DNA of 64,000 nt, from assembly GCA_963790475.1 (NCBI GenBank), contig CAWBOS010000012.1, positions 1 to 64,000 of the forward strand, written 5' to 3'. Shown in pieces: positions 13,866-24,158 of this stretch. Every line of letters begins with the position of its first letter. The stretch's first letter is position 1. The translations under genes and the position numbers were made by a program. This DNA is from an uncultured delta proteobacterium (GTDB lineage Bacteria > Desulfobacterota > RBG-13-43-22). The notes under the pieces are model-generated. The model did no database searches. It had not been told where the DNA came from and saw only the letters and a list, made by a program, of their open reading frames with translations.

Positions 13866-15350
13866 ATGATCATGAAGGACGAAAAGCGACATCGCCAAAT
13901 CCTGCACGATATTGCGCATCGGGTAATGCTCGAACGGGGGCTGCTGCCTGATTTCTCCCCTGAGGTTTTGACAGAGTTAAACCGGTTATCCTCACCGGCG
14001 ACGGCCGACGGCCAAAAGGTCCGGGACCTCAGGACCCTTCTTTGGGCCTCCATTGACAATGATGACTCGCGGGATCTTGACCAACTGACGGTGGCTGAGG
14101 AAATGCCCGCAGGGGTGGTCAAGATACTGGTTGCCGTGGCTGATGTGGATGCCCTGGTCAAAAAAGGCTCGGCCATCAATGACCATGCTCAGCATAATAC
14201 CACTTCGGTCTATACGGCGGCCGCGATTTTCCCTATGCTTCCGGAGAGATTATCCACCGACCTCACCTCGCTCAACTTCCGCGAGGATCGCCTGGCCGTG
14301 GTCATCGAAATGATCCTCAGTGAAGACGGATCACTTCAGGGCTCGGATGTTTATCGGGCCGTGGTCCGCAATCAGGCGAAACTCGCTTACAACAGCGTCG
14401 CCGCCTGGCTCGAAACCGGCGGTCCCCAACCGGAAAGGATCACGGCCGTCGATGGCCTTGATCAGAACCTCCGCCTGCAGGACAAGGTAGCCCAGTGTTT
14501 GAAGGCCTTCCGGCATTTGCATGGGGCCCTGAATTTTCAAACGATTGAAACGAGTCCTGTATTTGAAGGCGATATGTTGCAGGATCTGGCTGTAACCCAA
14601 AAGAACCGTGCCCGAGATATTATCGAGGACTTCATGGTGGCCGCCAATGGGGTGACCGCCCGCTATCTCTCCGGAAAAAAGTTCCCCTCTCTGCGCCGGG
14701 TAGTCCGCACGCCAAAGCGCTGGGACAGAATCGTGGAGATAGCCCAGGAGCATGGCTTCACCCTCCCTGATCAGCCCGACTCCAAAATCCTGGAAGGGTT
14801 TCTGATGAAGGCCAAAGCGAATGATCCGGATCGTTTCCCTGATCTCTCACTCAGTATTATTAAACTCCTGGGGCCTGGCGAATATCTCGCCGAGCTGCCG
14901 GAGGAAACGACACCGGGTCATTTCGGATTGGCTGTCCGGGATTACACCCATTCCACGGCGCCCAACCGCCGCTATCCCGACCTGATCACCCAGCGGTTGA
15001 TTAAGGCGGCCATAGCCGGAGGGACATGGCCTTACAGCATTGAGGAATTGGAGGAATTGGCCAAACACTGCACAGAGGAAGAGGATGCCGCCAGAAAAGT
15101 GGAGCGACAGGTCGAGAAATCGGCGGCAGCCCTCCTTCTGGAATCGAGGATCGGCGAACAGTTTGATGCCATTGTCACCGGTGCTGCCCCCAAGGGCACC
15201 TGGGTCCGCCTCTTCCAGCCGCCGGTTGAAGGAAAACTGGTCCAGGGATTTGAAGGCCTGGATATCGGCCACCGGCTCCGCGTCCAGTTGATCTCTACCG
15301 ATGTCGATCGTGGTTTTATCGACTTCAAGAAGGTCGGTTCAAAGCATTAA
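13866..15350 (+). CDS. RNB-domain exoribonuclease (RNase II/R family)
   Basis: SIDNDDSRDLDQ catalytic motif, YTHSTAPNRRYPDL, C-terminal S1-like region. Confidence 0.92.
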   Translation: MIMKDEKRHRQILHDIAHRVMLERGLLPDFSPEVLTELNRLSSPATADGQKVRDLRTLLWASIDNDDSRDLDQLTVAEEMPAGVVKILVAVADVDALVKKGSAINDHAQHNTTSVYTAAAIFPMLPERLSTDLTSLNFREDRLAVVIEMILSEDGSLQGSDVYRAVVRNQAKLAYNSVAAWLETGGPQPERITAVDGLDQNLRLQDKVAQCLKAFRHLHGALNFQTIETSPVFEGDMLQDLAVTQKNRARDIIEDFMVAANGVTARYLSGKKFPSLRRVVRTPKRWDRIVEIAQEHGFTLPDQPDSKILEGFLMKAKANDPDRFPDLSLSIIKLLGPGEYLAELPEETTPGHFGLAVRDYTHSTAPNRRYPDLITQRLIKAAIAGGTWPYSIEELEELAKHCTEEEDAARKVERQVEKSAAALLLESRIGEQFDAIVTGAAPKGTWVRLFQPPVEGKLVQGFEGLDIGHRLRVQLISTDVDRGFIDFKKVGSKH

Positions 15351-15364
15351 AAGGAGCTGCACCC

Positions 15365-15772
15365 ATGGGGAATAAGTCTCCGATTTTCGTTCTGGTACTT
15401 TTCACCTTCCTCGGTTTTGCTCTGCCGGCCCCGGCCGATGATGCCGGGAAACTGCCGATGATTTCGGGCGCGAAGGAGAAACCGTGTGGTGAAGAAGAAA
15501 AGGGGACCTGCCGGGAAACCCCGAAGAAACGATTTGAGATTACTTCCTCCGCGGACATCGGTTCTGTGATCAAGGATCTTCTTGGGTTGTCGAAAGGAAA
15601 GGGATGGAAGATGTCCAGAATCACCGGCAGTAGTGACCTTCGCTATCAGAGCAGAAATACCAAAGGTTTCTCGCTGATGTGGTCGGTGGAAAAGGCACGA
15701 ACGGTCAAGAAACCGGGCGGCAGGGATCAAACGGTATATTATATCTACTATTGGCAGATCTACGGAGAGTAG
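15365..15772 (+). CDS. Hypothetical exported protein
   Basis: RBS AAGGAG; Sec-type signal peptide ending FALPAPA. Confidence 0.6.
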   Translation: MGNKSPIFVLVLFTFLGFALPAPADDAGKLPMISGAKEKPCGEEEKGTCRETPKKRFEITSSADIGSVIKDLLGLSKGKGWKMSRITGSSDLRYQSRNTKGFSLMWSVEKARTVKKPGGRDQTVYYIYYWQIYGE

Positions 15773-15945
15773 ATTTACTTTGAAGTTGCATCACGCCCGC
15801 TCTTTCTGGTAAAGGAAAATATCTTTTTGTAGTTCACTCTTTAATCCCCCGATCGAACCCTGAAGGATGTGGGAAGGTTACTTCCCTATCGGTATAACAG
15901 GCAGACTGCCTGAAACCGGCAGAATAAAAAGGACAAGGAGTTGTC

Positions 15946-16383
15946 ATGACTGAATTTGAAGAATTATCCCCCAATTTTAAAAAGGCCATGTTGACCAAGG
16001 TCAAAAACAATACCCCTTTCTGGTCTTTAATCAATATGGACTTGGTGGATGTTAAAAAAGGGTGGGCCAAGGTGAGGCTGCCCTATGACAAAAAACTGGA
16101 TCACGCTTATGGTTCGGCCCACGGGGCCGCAGTTTTCGCCCCGGCCGATTCCGCCGTGGCCATGGCCCTGCAGGGTATGGTCGAAAAAGACGAGGTCTTT
16201 ACCACCGTGGAAATGAAAATTAATTATATCCGGCCCTTTTCCAAAGGGGAAATCATCGCCGAAGCCAAAATAACCCATAAGGGAGGCAATCTTGCCATTG
16301 GGGAGGTTGACGTGCGAGATTCCCAGGGGAGGCTGGTAGCCAAGGCCCTGGCCACTTACATGATCATGAAAAGGGAGCGCTGA
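15946..16383 (+). CDS. PaaI-family hotdog thioesterase
   Basis: GSAHGAAVFAPAD, TVEMKINYIRP. Confidence 0.88.
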   Translation: MTEFEELSPNFKKAMLTKVKNNTPFWSLINMDLVDVKKGWAKVRLPYDKKLDHAYGSAHGAAVFAPADSAVAMALQGMVEKDEVFTTVEMKINYIRPFSKGEIIAEAKITHKGGNLAIGEVDVRDSQGRLVAKALATYMIMKRER

Positions 16384-16400
16384 TTTACAGGGGGAGGCCC

Positions 16401-17084
16401 ATGAATAAACCTCAATTTGAATCTCTGGATCAAATGGCCGAGGCTACGGCGGAGGCCTTGTCCCAGGCCTGTGCCCATTCCGCATTTGAATTGTTTCAAA
16501 ATGTACCCTTCAGGCGGGAGGCGGGGTTCGAAAAGATCAATCAGGTGGAGCAGGACCGGATCTTTAATGAACTGGTTGTTGCCTACCTCGTTCTCACTAT
16601 GCTTCTCCTGGAAGCCCCGGACCTCCGGGTGGATGAAGATTTCCGCGGGTACTTCAGGAAGCTGAACCGGCAAATCCCCAAGGCTTACGTCGATAAGTTA
16701 AAGACAATGGGGGTGGAATCCGCATATCTCAAAGATTGGGAAAAGCTTATAACCCTGCGCTACGAAGAATACGCCCGGGACCGGCATGAGGTCCGGGCCG
16801 CGGCCATGAAGCTTGAATCAACGGAAAAACCCCTTGATCTGGAGGGCCTGTCCAAAATTCAACTGCTTGTCCCGGTTCAGGCCGTGGCCATCGGCTGCCA
16901 CCATCATATCTGCCGGGGGGACACCGAGGGGCGGGATGACTTATTCAAAATTGTACTGCACTCGTTGTCCCAGTTCTATGTTCAATTCCGGGTCCATTTC
17001 GAAGGCGGAAAAATCACCCCGCTGACCAAGGCCAAGGTTGCCCTGAAACAAGCGATCCGCCGGAAAAGGAAGAAAAGGAAATAA
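16401..17084 (+). CDS. Hypothetical alpha-helical protein
   Basis: 227-aa ORF with GGAGG RBS, co-directional with the thioesterase; basic C-terminus. Confidence 0.7.
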   Translation: MNKPQFESLDQMAEATAEALSQACAHSAFELFQNVPFRREAGFEKINQVEQDRIFNELVVAYLVLTMLLLEAPDLRVDEDFRGYFRKLNRQIPKAYVDKLKTMGVESAYLKDWEKLITLRYEEYARDRHEVRAAAMKLESTEKPLDLEGLSKIQLLVPVQAVAIGCHHHICRGDTEGRDDLFKIVLHSLSQFYVQFRVHFEGGKITPLTKAKVALKQAIRRKRKKRK

Positions 17085-17396
17085 TAAGTGCCTTTGGGTT
17101 CATCGACTACCAGTTCATAACCCTCAAAAATAGACGCTGTCCTTTAATTCTTAAAGTGTAATTTCCCGGAACGATCTCCATATTGCCCCAAGATCACAAC
17201 CAAGAATGGCAAGAGAAAAGTCCTTAAATACGACAAGATATGAAAAGGATTTTCTGTCTCTTTCCTCCTCCAACGAGCTAAATAAAAAACAGAACCGTCC
17301 CTTTTTTTACTTTTTCTGTATGGCCATTGTCTTCTCCCCTGATGTTTTTTCTTGAACCACGAATTTCAGCGCAGAGTAATATCTCGTGTTTGGAAA

Positions 17397-17795
17397 TCAA
17401 TCCCCCGCTTCACTTGCCAAGGTCGCACCATTCGCCGACTGCGATTGACGGCTCCAGCCTTTTCTGCGGCTGGACTGCGCAAATACTTCGATGTCCTTCT
17501 CTCCCGATCGCAGGAAATCGAGGAAGTCCAATCCTTGATATTTGCAGGTCTGGCAGACGCTCAGCAGGATGAGGTAGTCTTCTGTGCCGACGCGTGTTGA
17601 TGTACCTCGCATGACGTTTCGGAGTGTCGCGTAGGCTTTGATCGCATGCTCGGCATTGTTGTTGTTCCACGGGACCCCATCGTAATCCAGGAAGGTGAAT
17701 AGTTTGCCCCGATTCTTCTGGAAACGTTCTTTGCACTTCATTGCCGTTTCACTCTGATAAACCATCTTTGCCAGTCCTTTATAGAACCGCCCCAA
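17397..17795 (-). mobile_element. IS66-family transposase C-terminal remnant
   Basis: LFTFLDYDGVPWNNNNAEHAIK...LLSVCQTCK...DFLDFL matches the IS66 DDE C-terminus; N-terminal part absent. Confidence 0.75.
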
Positions 17796-17919
17796 ATCAG
17801 AAATTAGTTTCCCGGATTACCCGTCGGGATGGCAAAAAAAGACCCTTGGCAGAAAGGTGGAGCTTATGCTATAGGAATCAAAGGTGCCATCCCATAAGAA
17901 TTAGAAAGGTCTCCCTATC

Positions 17920-20457
17920 TTGAAAACACAACCCGTCATCGCCTTAGTCGAGAGAAAAAAATCTCAAAAAAATTCTCCAAAACAAAAAAGAAAACCCCTC
18001 CACTTAAAAATCTCCCGGACCCTCAAGCCCGAGCATCTGGAGCTTGAAGAATGGCAGCGACTGCTCCGGAAGGAATTCGGTCAGAAACAAGACTTTATTC
18101 TCAAAAATCAGGGCGATCATCCCTTTTTTTCTGAATTTTCGGTTACTAATCCCGATTCCGGGAATACCTATAGGGTGGCAATCCGCGGGGCAGAAGAAGG
18201 GAAGAATTATTGTTCCTGCCCGGATTACAGCATCAATCATCTTGGGACCTGCAAGCATATCGAATTCACCTTGGCCCAGTTAACGAAAAAACGGGGGGCT
18301 AAGAAGGCCTTTCGAAAAGAATATATCCCGACTTTTTCCGAAATTTTCCTTCATTACGGCCCGAAACGGGAGGTCCGTTTCAAGGCCGGAAGAGAGGTTC
18401 CCCACCCAGTGCTTCTCTGGGCTAAAGAATTATTCGACGTTAACGGTATTCTAAAAGAAGACCATCTTCTGGATTTTTCAAAACATCTGTGCGGGCTCCC
18501 CTCGAATAACGGACATGAGGTCCGCTGTTATGATGATGTCATGGCCTTCGTTGCCGAACATCAGGATCAGGAATATCGGCAAGAAATCGTCCGCTCCCGA
18601 TTCAATCAGGGAATCAATAGCCCCATATTTAAAAATATTATCAAAACCCGCTTATACCCTTATCAACGGGAAGGGGCCTTGTTTGCCGTAAAGGCCGGCC
18701 GTTGCTTGATTGGGGATGATATGGGTTTGGGTAAAACCATTCAGGCCATAACCGCCACCGAGTTAATGGCCGACCTATTTCGCATAGAGAAGGTCCTGAT
18801 TATTTCTCCGACCACCCTCAAATACCAATGGAAAGGGGAGATCGAAAAATTCACTTCCCGAAAGGCCATGGTGATTGAGGGATTCAACCATCAACGGGAT
18901 CAACAATACCGGGAGCTTTCTTTCTATAAAATCATAAATTACGAGCTGGTCCTTCGTGACCTGGAAAAGATTAAGGCCTGGTCCCCTGACCTGATTATCC
19001 TGGATGAAGCCCAAAGAATCAAGAACTGGAAAACCCGGACCGCTCAAACCGTAAAACAACTCGATTCTCCCTTTGCCATTGTGTTGACCGGCACCCCCAT
19101 AGAAAATAAAATCGAAGAACTGCATTCGATTGTAGAATTTATCGACCGAAAACCACTGGGTCCGTTGTACCGTTTCCTCCATCAACACCGGATCACCGAT
19201 GAAGGGGGCAAGGTGATCGGCTATAAGGATTTGCAGAAGGTCAGGGAAACCTTGCGGACGGTTATGATCCGCCGGAAGAAAGGAGAAGTCCTGGAGCAGC
19301 TTCCTGAACGAATCGACAAAATCCTATTTGTCCCCCTGACCAAGGAGCAGGGGGAAATCCATGATGAAAATTATGAGATTGTGGTTAAACTGGTAGCCAA
19401 GTGGAGGCGTTATAAATTCTTGTGTGAGGCCGATCAACGTCGATTGATGATCGCCTTAACCAGAATGCGCATGGCTGCGGATAATACCTATCTGGTGGAC
19501 AAGAAAACGGTTCATGGCCCCAAAATTGAAGAATTAGAGATTATCCTGCAGGAGATCCTCGGGGAAGACGGCGAAAAGGTGGTCATCTTCAGTCAGTGGC
19601 TTAGGATGACCGAATTGGTGGAACAAATTCTTGACCGAAACAAGATCGGATATGTTCATTTAAACGGCGGCATCCCGGCCAAAAAGAGAAAAGACTTGCT
19701 GGTTCGCTTCAAGGATGATCCGGCCTGCCAGGTCTTTTTGTCCACTGATGCCGGTGGCGTAGGGTTAAACTTGCAGAGCGGTTCGGTAGTAATCAACCTG
19801 GATATTCCCTGGAATCCGGCTGTCCTGGAACAGCGCATCGGCCGGGTCCATCGGTTGGGCCAGCACAAACCGGTGCGGGTCATCAACTTGGTCTCCTCCG
19901 CTTCCATTGAAGAAAGGATTCTGGATCTCCTCAAATTCAAAAAATCATTGTTTGCCGGGGCCTTGGATCAGGATGGGGAAAATGTGGTTATGATCGGGGA
20001 GTCTCAAATGAAGCGGTTCATGCAATCCGTGGAAACCGTCACTGAAAATCTGGAAAAGGCCGGACCCTCCATAGAAAGGCAGCAAGGGATGGAAGAAGAA
20101 CCGGAACAGAAGGCGATCCTTCCGGAGGGCTTTGATCGGGGAGAAAGAAAACCGTTTCCCATTTTAGGGGATAGGGCAGGAAACGGGTTGGATCTTTTAA
20201 AGCCTCTATTGATAAGCGGAGCGGAGTTTCTGATGAATCTCAGTAAGAGCATCGGCCAACCCACCTCAACAGAAACTCAGACAGGCCCCAAATTCTCAAG
20301 TCCCCGAATTGGCCAAGATCCGGAAACGGGGGAATCTTTCTTGAAGATACCGCTTCCCGAAACCGGGACTATTCAGAAAATACTTTCGGCCTTAACCGGA
20401 GTATTGATGAACTTTCAGACCAATAGTTCATCAGAAACCGGCCGAGGGTCGAATTAA
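17920..20457 (+). CDS. SNF2-family helicase with N-terminal SWIM zinc finger
   Basis: CSCPD...TCKH; DDMGLGKT; DEAQ; LTGTPIEN; STDAGGVGLNLQ; QRIGRVHRLGQ. Confidence 0.93.
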   Translation: MKTQPVIALVERKKSQKNSPKQKRKPLHLKISRTLKPEHLELEEWQRLLRKEFGQKQDFILKNQGDHPFFSEFSVTNPDSGNTYRVAIRGAEEGKNYCSCPDYSINHLGTCKHIEFTLAQLTKKRGAKKAFRKEYIPTFSEIFLHYGPKREVRFKAGREVPHPVLLWAKELFDVNGILKEDHLLDFSKHLCGLPSNNGHEVRCYDDVMAFVAEHQDQEYRQEIVRSRFNQGINSPIFKNIIKTRLYPYQREGALFAVKAGRCLIGDDMGLGKTIQAITATELMADLFRIEKVLIISPTTLKYQWKGEIEKFTSRKAMVIEGFNHQRDQQYRELSFYKIINYELVLRDLEKIKAWSPDLIILDEAQRIKNWKTRTAQTVKQLDSPFAIVLTGTPIENKIEELHSIVEFIDRKPLGPLYRFLHQHRITDEGGKVIGYKDLQKVRETLRTVMIRRKKGEVLEQLPERIDKILFVPLTKEQGEIHDENYEIVVKLVAKWRRYKFLCEADQRRLMIALTRMRMAADNTYLVDKKTVHGPKIEELEIILQEILGEDGEKVVIFSQWLRMTELVEQILDRNKIGYVHLNGGIPAKKRKDLLVRFKDDPACQVFLSTDAGGVGLNLQSGSVVINLDIPWNPAVLEQRIGRVHRLGQHKPVRVINLVSSASIEERILDLLKFKKSLFAGALDQDGENVVMIGESQMKRFMQSVETVTENLEKAGPSIERQQGMEEEPEQKAILPEGFDRGERKPFPILGDRAGNGLDLLKPLLISGAEFLMNLSKSIGQPTSTETQTGPKFSSPRIGQDPETGESFLKIPLPETGTIQKILSALTGVLMNFQTNSSSETGRGSN

Positions 20458-20656
20458 ACCTGAATAGCGAGCCGGAAAAATCGGACTTGTTTTTTTCGTT
20501 TCTTTCCGGCGGATTTTTATATGGAACGCATCTGAAACGAAGAGGGCAAGCTGTTTTTTTCTCCTTGACCCCCCCTTGGTCTTCTCTTATACTCAACTCA
20601 TCTCAGAGGAAATTCTTATCAAATATATTCAATAAGTTCGACAAAGGAGATTTAAG

Positions 20657-21535
20657 ATGCCGGATGTGGACGATATAAAAGAGGGGAAAAGATATTTTAC
20701 CGATACCCCCCAACGATGTGAGGGATTTTTCCTGAAAGGTTCCAACGCCCTGGATTGGGGGATGAAAAACCGCCTGGCCCGGATCTTTAATCCGAAATCC
20801 GGCCGAACCGTCATGCTGGCCGTGGATCATGGTTATTTTCAGGGGCCCACCACGGGTCTGGAACGGATGGACCTCACTATCCTACCCATTGCCCCCTATG
20901 CGGACACGTTGATGCTCACCAGAGGAATATTAAGAAGCATTGTACCGCCTTCTTTTTCCCAATCCATCGTCCTTCGGGTATCGGGTGGGACCAGCATCCT
21001 GAAGGAGCTGAGCAATGAAGAAATCGCCGTTGATATAGAGGATGCTATCCGGCTTAATGTGTGTGCCATGGCGGTTCAAGTGTTTATCGGCGGGGATTAT
21101 GAACGCCAATCCATCATCAACATGACCAAAACGGTGGATATGGGGACGCGGTACGGCATTCCCACACTGGCCGTCACCGCCGTCGGCAAGGACATGGCCC
21201 GGGATGCCCGCTACTTCAGACTGGCCACACGTATCTGCGCCGAACTAGGCGCCCATTATATCAAAACTTATTACGTGGAAGACGGTTTTGAAACCGTTAC
21301 TGCCTCCTGCCCGGTACCCATCGTCATGGCCGGCGGTAAAAAGCTTCCCGAACTGGAGGCCCTGACCATGGCCTATCGTGCGGTACAAGGAGGGGCCTCG
21401 GGTGTGGATATGGGCAGAAATATCTTCCAATCGGAATCCCCGATAGCCATGATCCAGGCGGTAAAGGCCGTCGTTCACGATAATGAGACCCCGGAGAAAG
21501 CTTTCGACCTTTACAACACCATAAAAAATAAGTAA
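20657..21535 (+). CDS. lsrF: LsrF-like class I aldolase/thiolase
   Basis: [12 protein letters not shown]...[37 protein letters not shown] closely follow enterobacterial LsrF. Confidence 0.88.
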   Translation: MPDVDDIKEGKRYFTDTPQRCEGFFLKGSNALDWGMKNRLARIFNPKSGRTVMLAVDHGYFQGPTTGLERMDLTILPIAPYADTLMLTRGILRSIVPPSFSQSIVLRVSGGTSILKELSNEEIAVDIEDAIRLNVCAMAVQVFIGGDYERQSIINMTKTVDMGTRYGIPTLAVTAVGKDMARDARYFRLATRICAELGAHYIKTYYVEDGFETVTASCPVPIVMAGGKKLPELEALTMAYRAVQGGASGVDMGRNIFQSESPIAMIQAVKAVVHDNETPEKAFDLYNTIKNK

Positions 21536-21541
21536 TTCAAA

Positions 21542-22579
21542 ATGAAAGTTGCCAGGTGGTATAACAACCGGGACATCCGAATCGAGGAGATGCCCAGGCC
21601 TAAACCCGGTCCTAATGACATCCTGATAAAAGTCATCTCCTGCGGGATTTGCGGCAGTGACATCGTGGAATGGTACCGGCTTCCCCGGGCCCCTTTGATC
21701 CCCGGACATGAGATCGGCGGGTTGATCGTTGAAACAGGCGAATCTGTGACCGATTACCTGCCGGGAGACCGGGTTTTTGTGGCCCCCAAAGTCCCCTGCC
21801 TGAAATGCGATTACTGTCAGAAAGGCTACTATCCTCTTTGCACGGAAGTTAAAGAACGGCTCCCTGGGGGATTTGCTGAATATATTCTGGTTCCCGGTGC
21901 CCTGGTCGCCAATGGAATGCGTAGGTTGCCCGATCGAATCACCTACGATCAAAGCACCTTTATTGAGCCGCTGGCTTGCGTGGTCAGGGCCCAGAAACTG
22001 GCCGCCATCCGAGAAGGACAGACGGTGCTGGTCGTCGGCTGCGGAATGTCCGGTTTGCTGCATGTTAAACTGGCTAAGGTTAAAAAATGTAACATTGTGG
22101 CCACCGATATCAACCCCAAAAAACTCGAATACGCGCGAAGGTTCGGAGCGGGAATAACGATTGACGCCGGTGAAAATGTGCCGGAGAGACTCGTGGCCCT
22201 CACCGGGAAGCAGGCCGATGTGGTCGTCCTCTGCACCTCGGCCCTTCCGGCTGTCCTACAGGCCTGGCAGTCTGTGGACAAAGGCGGAACCGTTGTTTTT
22301 TTTGCCGTACCCGATCCGGATAAAAAAGTGGAAATACCGATTAACTATTTTTGGATGAGAGAGGTCAAGATTCTCACCTCCTATTATTGCGGGCCGCTGA
22401 ATATTACCGAGGCCTTAAACCTACTTGAATCCGAGTCGGTTATCGTGGATGATCTAATCACCCATAGACTGCCCTTAAAAGAAATCGCCAAGGGATTCCA
22501 ACTGGTAATAGAGGGGAAGGACTCCATCAAAGTCATTATTGAGCCGAACACAGACCCAACTTCGTCCAAGGATCGATAG
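21542..22579 (+). CDS. Zn-dependent polyol/alcohol dehydrogenase (MDR family)
   Basis: CGICGSD, GHE, CxxCxxC...C, GCGMSG, THRLPL. Confidence 0.9.
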   Translation: MKVARWYNNRDIRIEEMPRPKPGPNDILIKVISCGICGSDIVEWYRLPRAPLIPGHEIGGLIVETGESVTDYLPGDRVFVAPKVPCLKCDYCQKGYYPLCTEVKERLPGGFAEYILVPGALVANGMRRLPDRITYDQSTFIEPLACVVRAQKLAAIREGQTVLVVGCGMSGLLHVKLAKVKKCNIVATDINPKKLEYARRFGAGITIDAGENVPERLVALTGKQADVVVLCTSALPAVLQAWQSVDKGGTVVFFAVPDPDKKVEIPINYFWMREVKILTSYYCGPLNITEALNLLESESVIVDDLITHRLPLKEIAKGFQLVIEGKDSIKVIIEPNTDPTSSKDR

Positions 22580-22615
22580 CAGTTCCAAAAAAGAGAATAT
22601 AATAGGATCATCAAT

Positions 22616-23560
22616 TTGACTTTAAATAAATTAATTAGATCCTGCCTTATTGGCACACTTTTCTTTTTCATGGCCCTTTCACCGACCTTTGCCCAATCCA
22701 AACCCGGGCCCTTTTTCCTCATGGGGGATGGCAAACTTCACATTCAAAATGTTAAGACCCAACAGGAAGCCGACGTGGGACTGATGCTTCCCGATGGCTC
22801 CCTCGATGAATCGGCCCTGGAACGGATCGATTCCGTTTTTGGTTTTTCCGGTCAAAGGAAGGGGGAACATATTTCTCCGAGATTGCTCTTTATGCTGGAC
22901 TATTTTTCAGACCTGGTCGCCCCGGGAAAGGTGATCTATCTGACCTCAGGCTACCGAAGTCCGGAATACAACGACGGGTTGAAAAAGGCCGGGGGGATTG
23001 TAGCCAAAACCAGTACCCATATGGATGGATTGGCCCTGGATTTTTATATTGAGGGCGTAAACGGAAAGGATCTCTGGGAACTCATCCGGGGGAAAAATTG
23101 TTGCGGGGTAGGTCATTACGGTGGAAAAGAAATTCATCTGGATGCCTCCCGCCCTCGGTTCTGGGAGGCGGCCACCTCCAAGGTAGATACCAACGAAAGC
23201 GATTTCAATCGCCGCATGTTTCTTTCCACCGACTTCGACCGTTATCAGGCCGGCCAACAGGTGCGCCTCTCTTTCTCTTCGGTGAGTAATTTCGGATTCG
23301 GCATCCGTAAAAAGGCGGTATTGATGGCCGAGCCTGAAGGAAGCAACTCCTTGATTGAGATCGACATTCAGGCCCAATCTGCCGGGAATTGTCTCCCGAT
23401 TAACGACCGGCAGACCTCTCACTGGATCAACCTCACTCTCCCCAAAAATATCAAGGAAGGGCGTTATCACCTGCGCCTTGATTTCTGCCGGCGGCTCTTT
23501 GAACAGATGCCCTTAAAAACCCTTTCCAATGAAATCGAGGTAATTCCTTTTTCTCCTTGA
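22616..23560 (+). CDS. YcbK/DUF882 peptidase M15-like exported protein
   Basis: Signal peptide; TSGYRSPEYN, STHMDGLALD, IHLD zinc-binding motifs. Confidence 0.82.
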   Translation: MTLNKLIRSCLIGTLFFFMALSPTFAQSKPGPFFLMGDGKLHIQNVKTQQEADVGLMLPDGSLDESALERIDSVFGFSGQRKGEHISPRLLFMLDYFSDLVAPGKVIYLTSGYRSPEYNDGLKKAGGIVAKTSTHMDGLALDFYIEGVNGKDLWELIRGKNCCGVGHYGGKEIHLDASRPRFWEAATSKVDTNESDFNRRMFLSTDFDRYQAGQQVRLSFSSVSNFGFGIRKKAVLMAEPEGSNSLIEIDIQAQSAGNCLPINDRQTSHWINLTLPKNIKEGRYHLRLDFCRRLFEQMPLKTLSNEIEVIPFSP

Positions 23561-23693
23561 CCCCTTCCTTACCCTGTCATATACTTTGTCAATTAAAAGC
23601 AAACTGTTATCAATAATCATCCAAAACGATCCTTCTGCCTGAGGAGGGGAAAATCTTGACATCTGCGCGAGAGAAAAGGAGAAACGGCTTTTA

Positions 23694-24158
23694 ATGCCTT
23701 CAGCGCTGCTTGTTCCTTTCCTTCTTGATGACCATCGATATGCCCTTCATCTGGGCGTTGTGGAACGCGTTATTCCCGCGGTTGAGATAACCCCTCTGCC
23801 CAAGGCCCCGGAGATCGTCCTGGGCCTGATCAATATCAGGGGAAAAATCATCCCGACCCTTAATATACGCCGTAGATTCCGCCTTCCGGAGCGGGAGGTG
23901 GAGTTGAAGGACCATTTCATCATTGCCAGCACCTCAAAACGAACCGTGGCGCTCCCGGCGGACTCGGTCAGCGGGGTCATCCAGATTTTCGAAGGGGAAA
24001 TAACCGAAGCAATGGACATCCTGCCGGGCCTGGAATATGTCGAAGGGGTTGTCAGGCTCAAGGACGGGTTGCTCTTAATCCATAATCTGGAAGGCTTTCT
24101 CTCTCTTGAAGAGGAAACAAACCTGGATGAGGCCTTAAATGGACAAGGGGAAGAATAA
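23694..24158 (+). CDS. cheW: CheW adaptor
   Basis: ITPLPKAPEIVLGLINIRGKIIP. Confidence 0.9.
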   Translation: MPSALLVPFLLDDHRYALHLGVVERVIPAVEITPLPKAPEIVLGLINIRGKIIPTLNIRRRFRLPEREVELKDHFIIASTSKRTVALPADSVSGVIQIFEGEITEAMDILPGLEYVEGVVRLKDGLLLIHNLEGFLSLEEETNLDEALNGQGEE

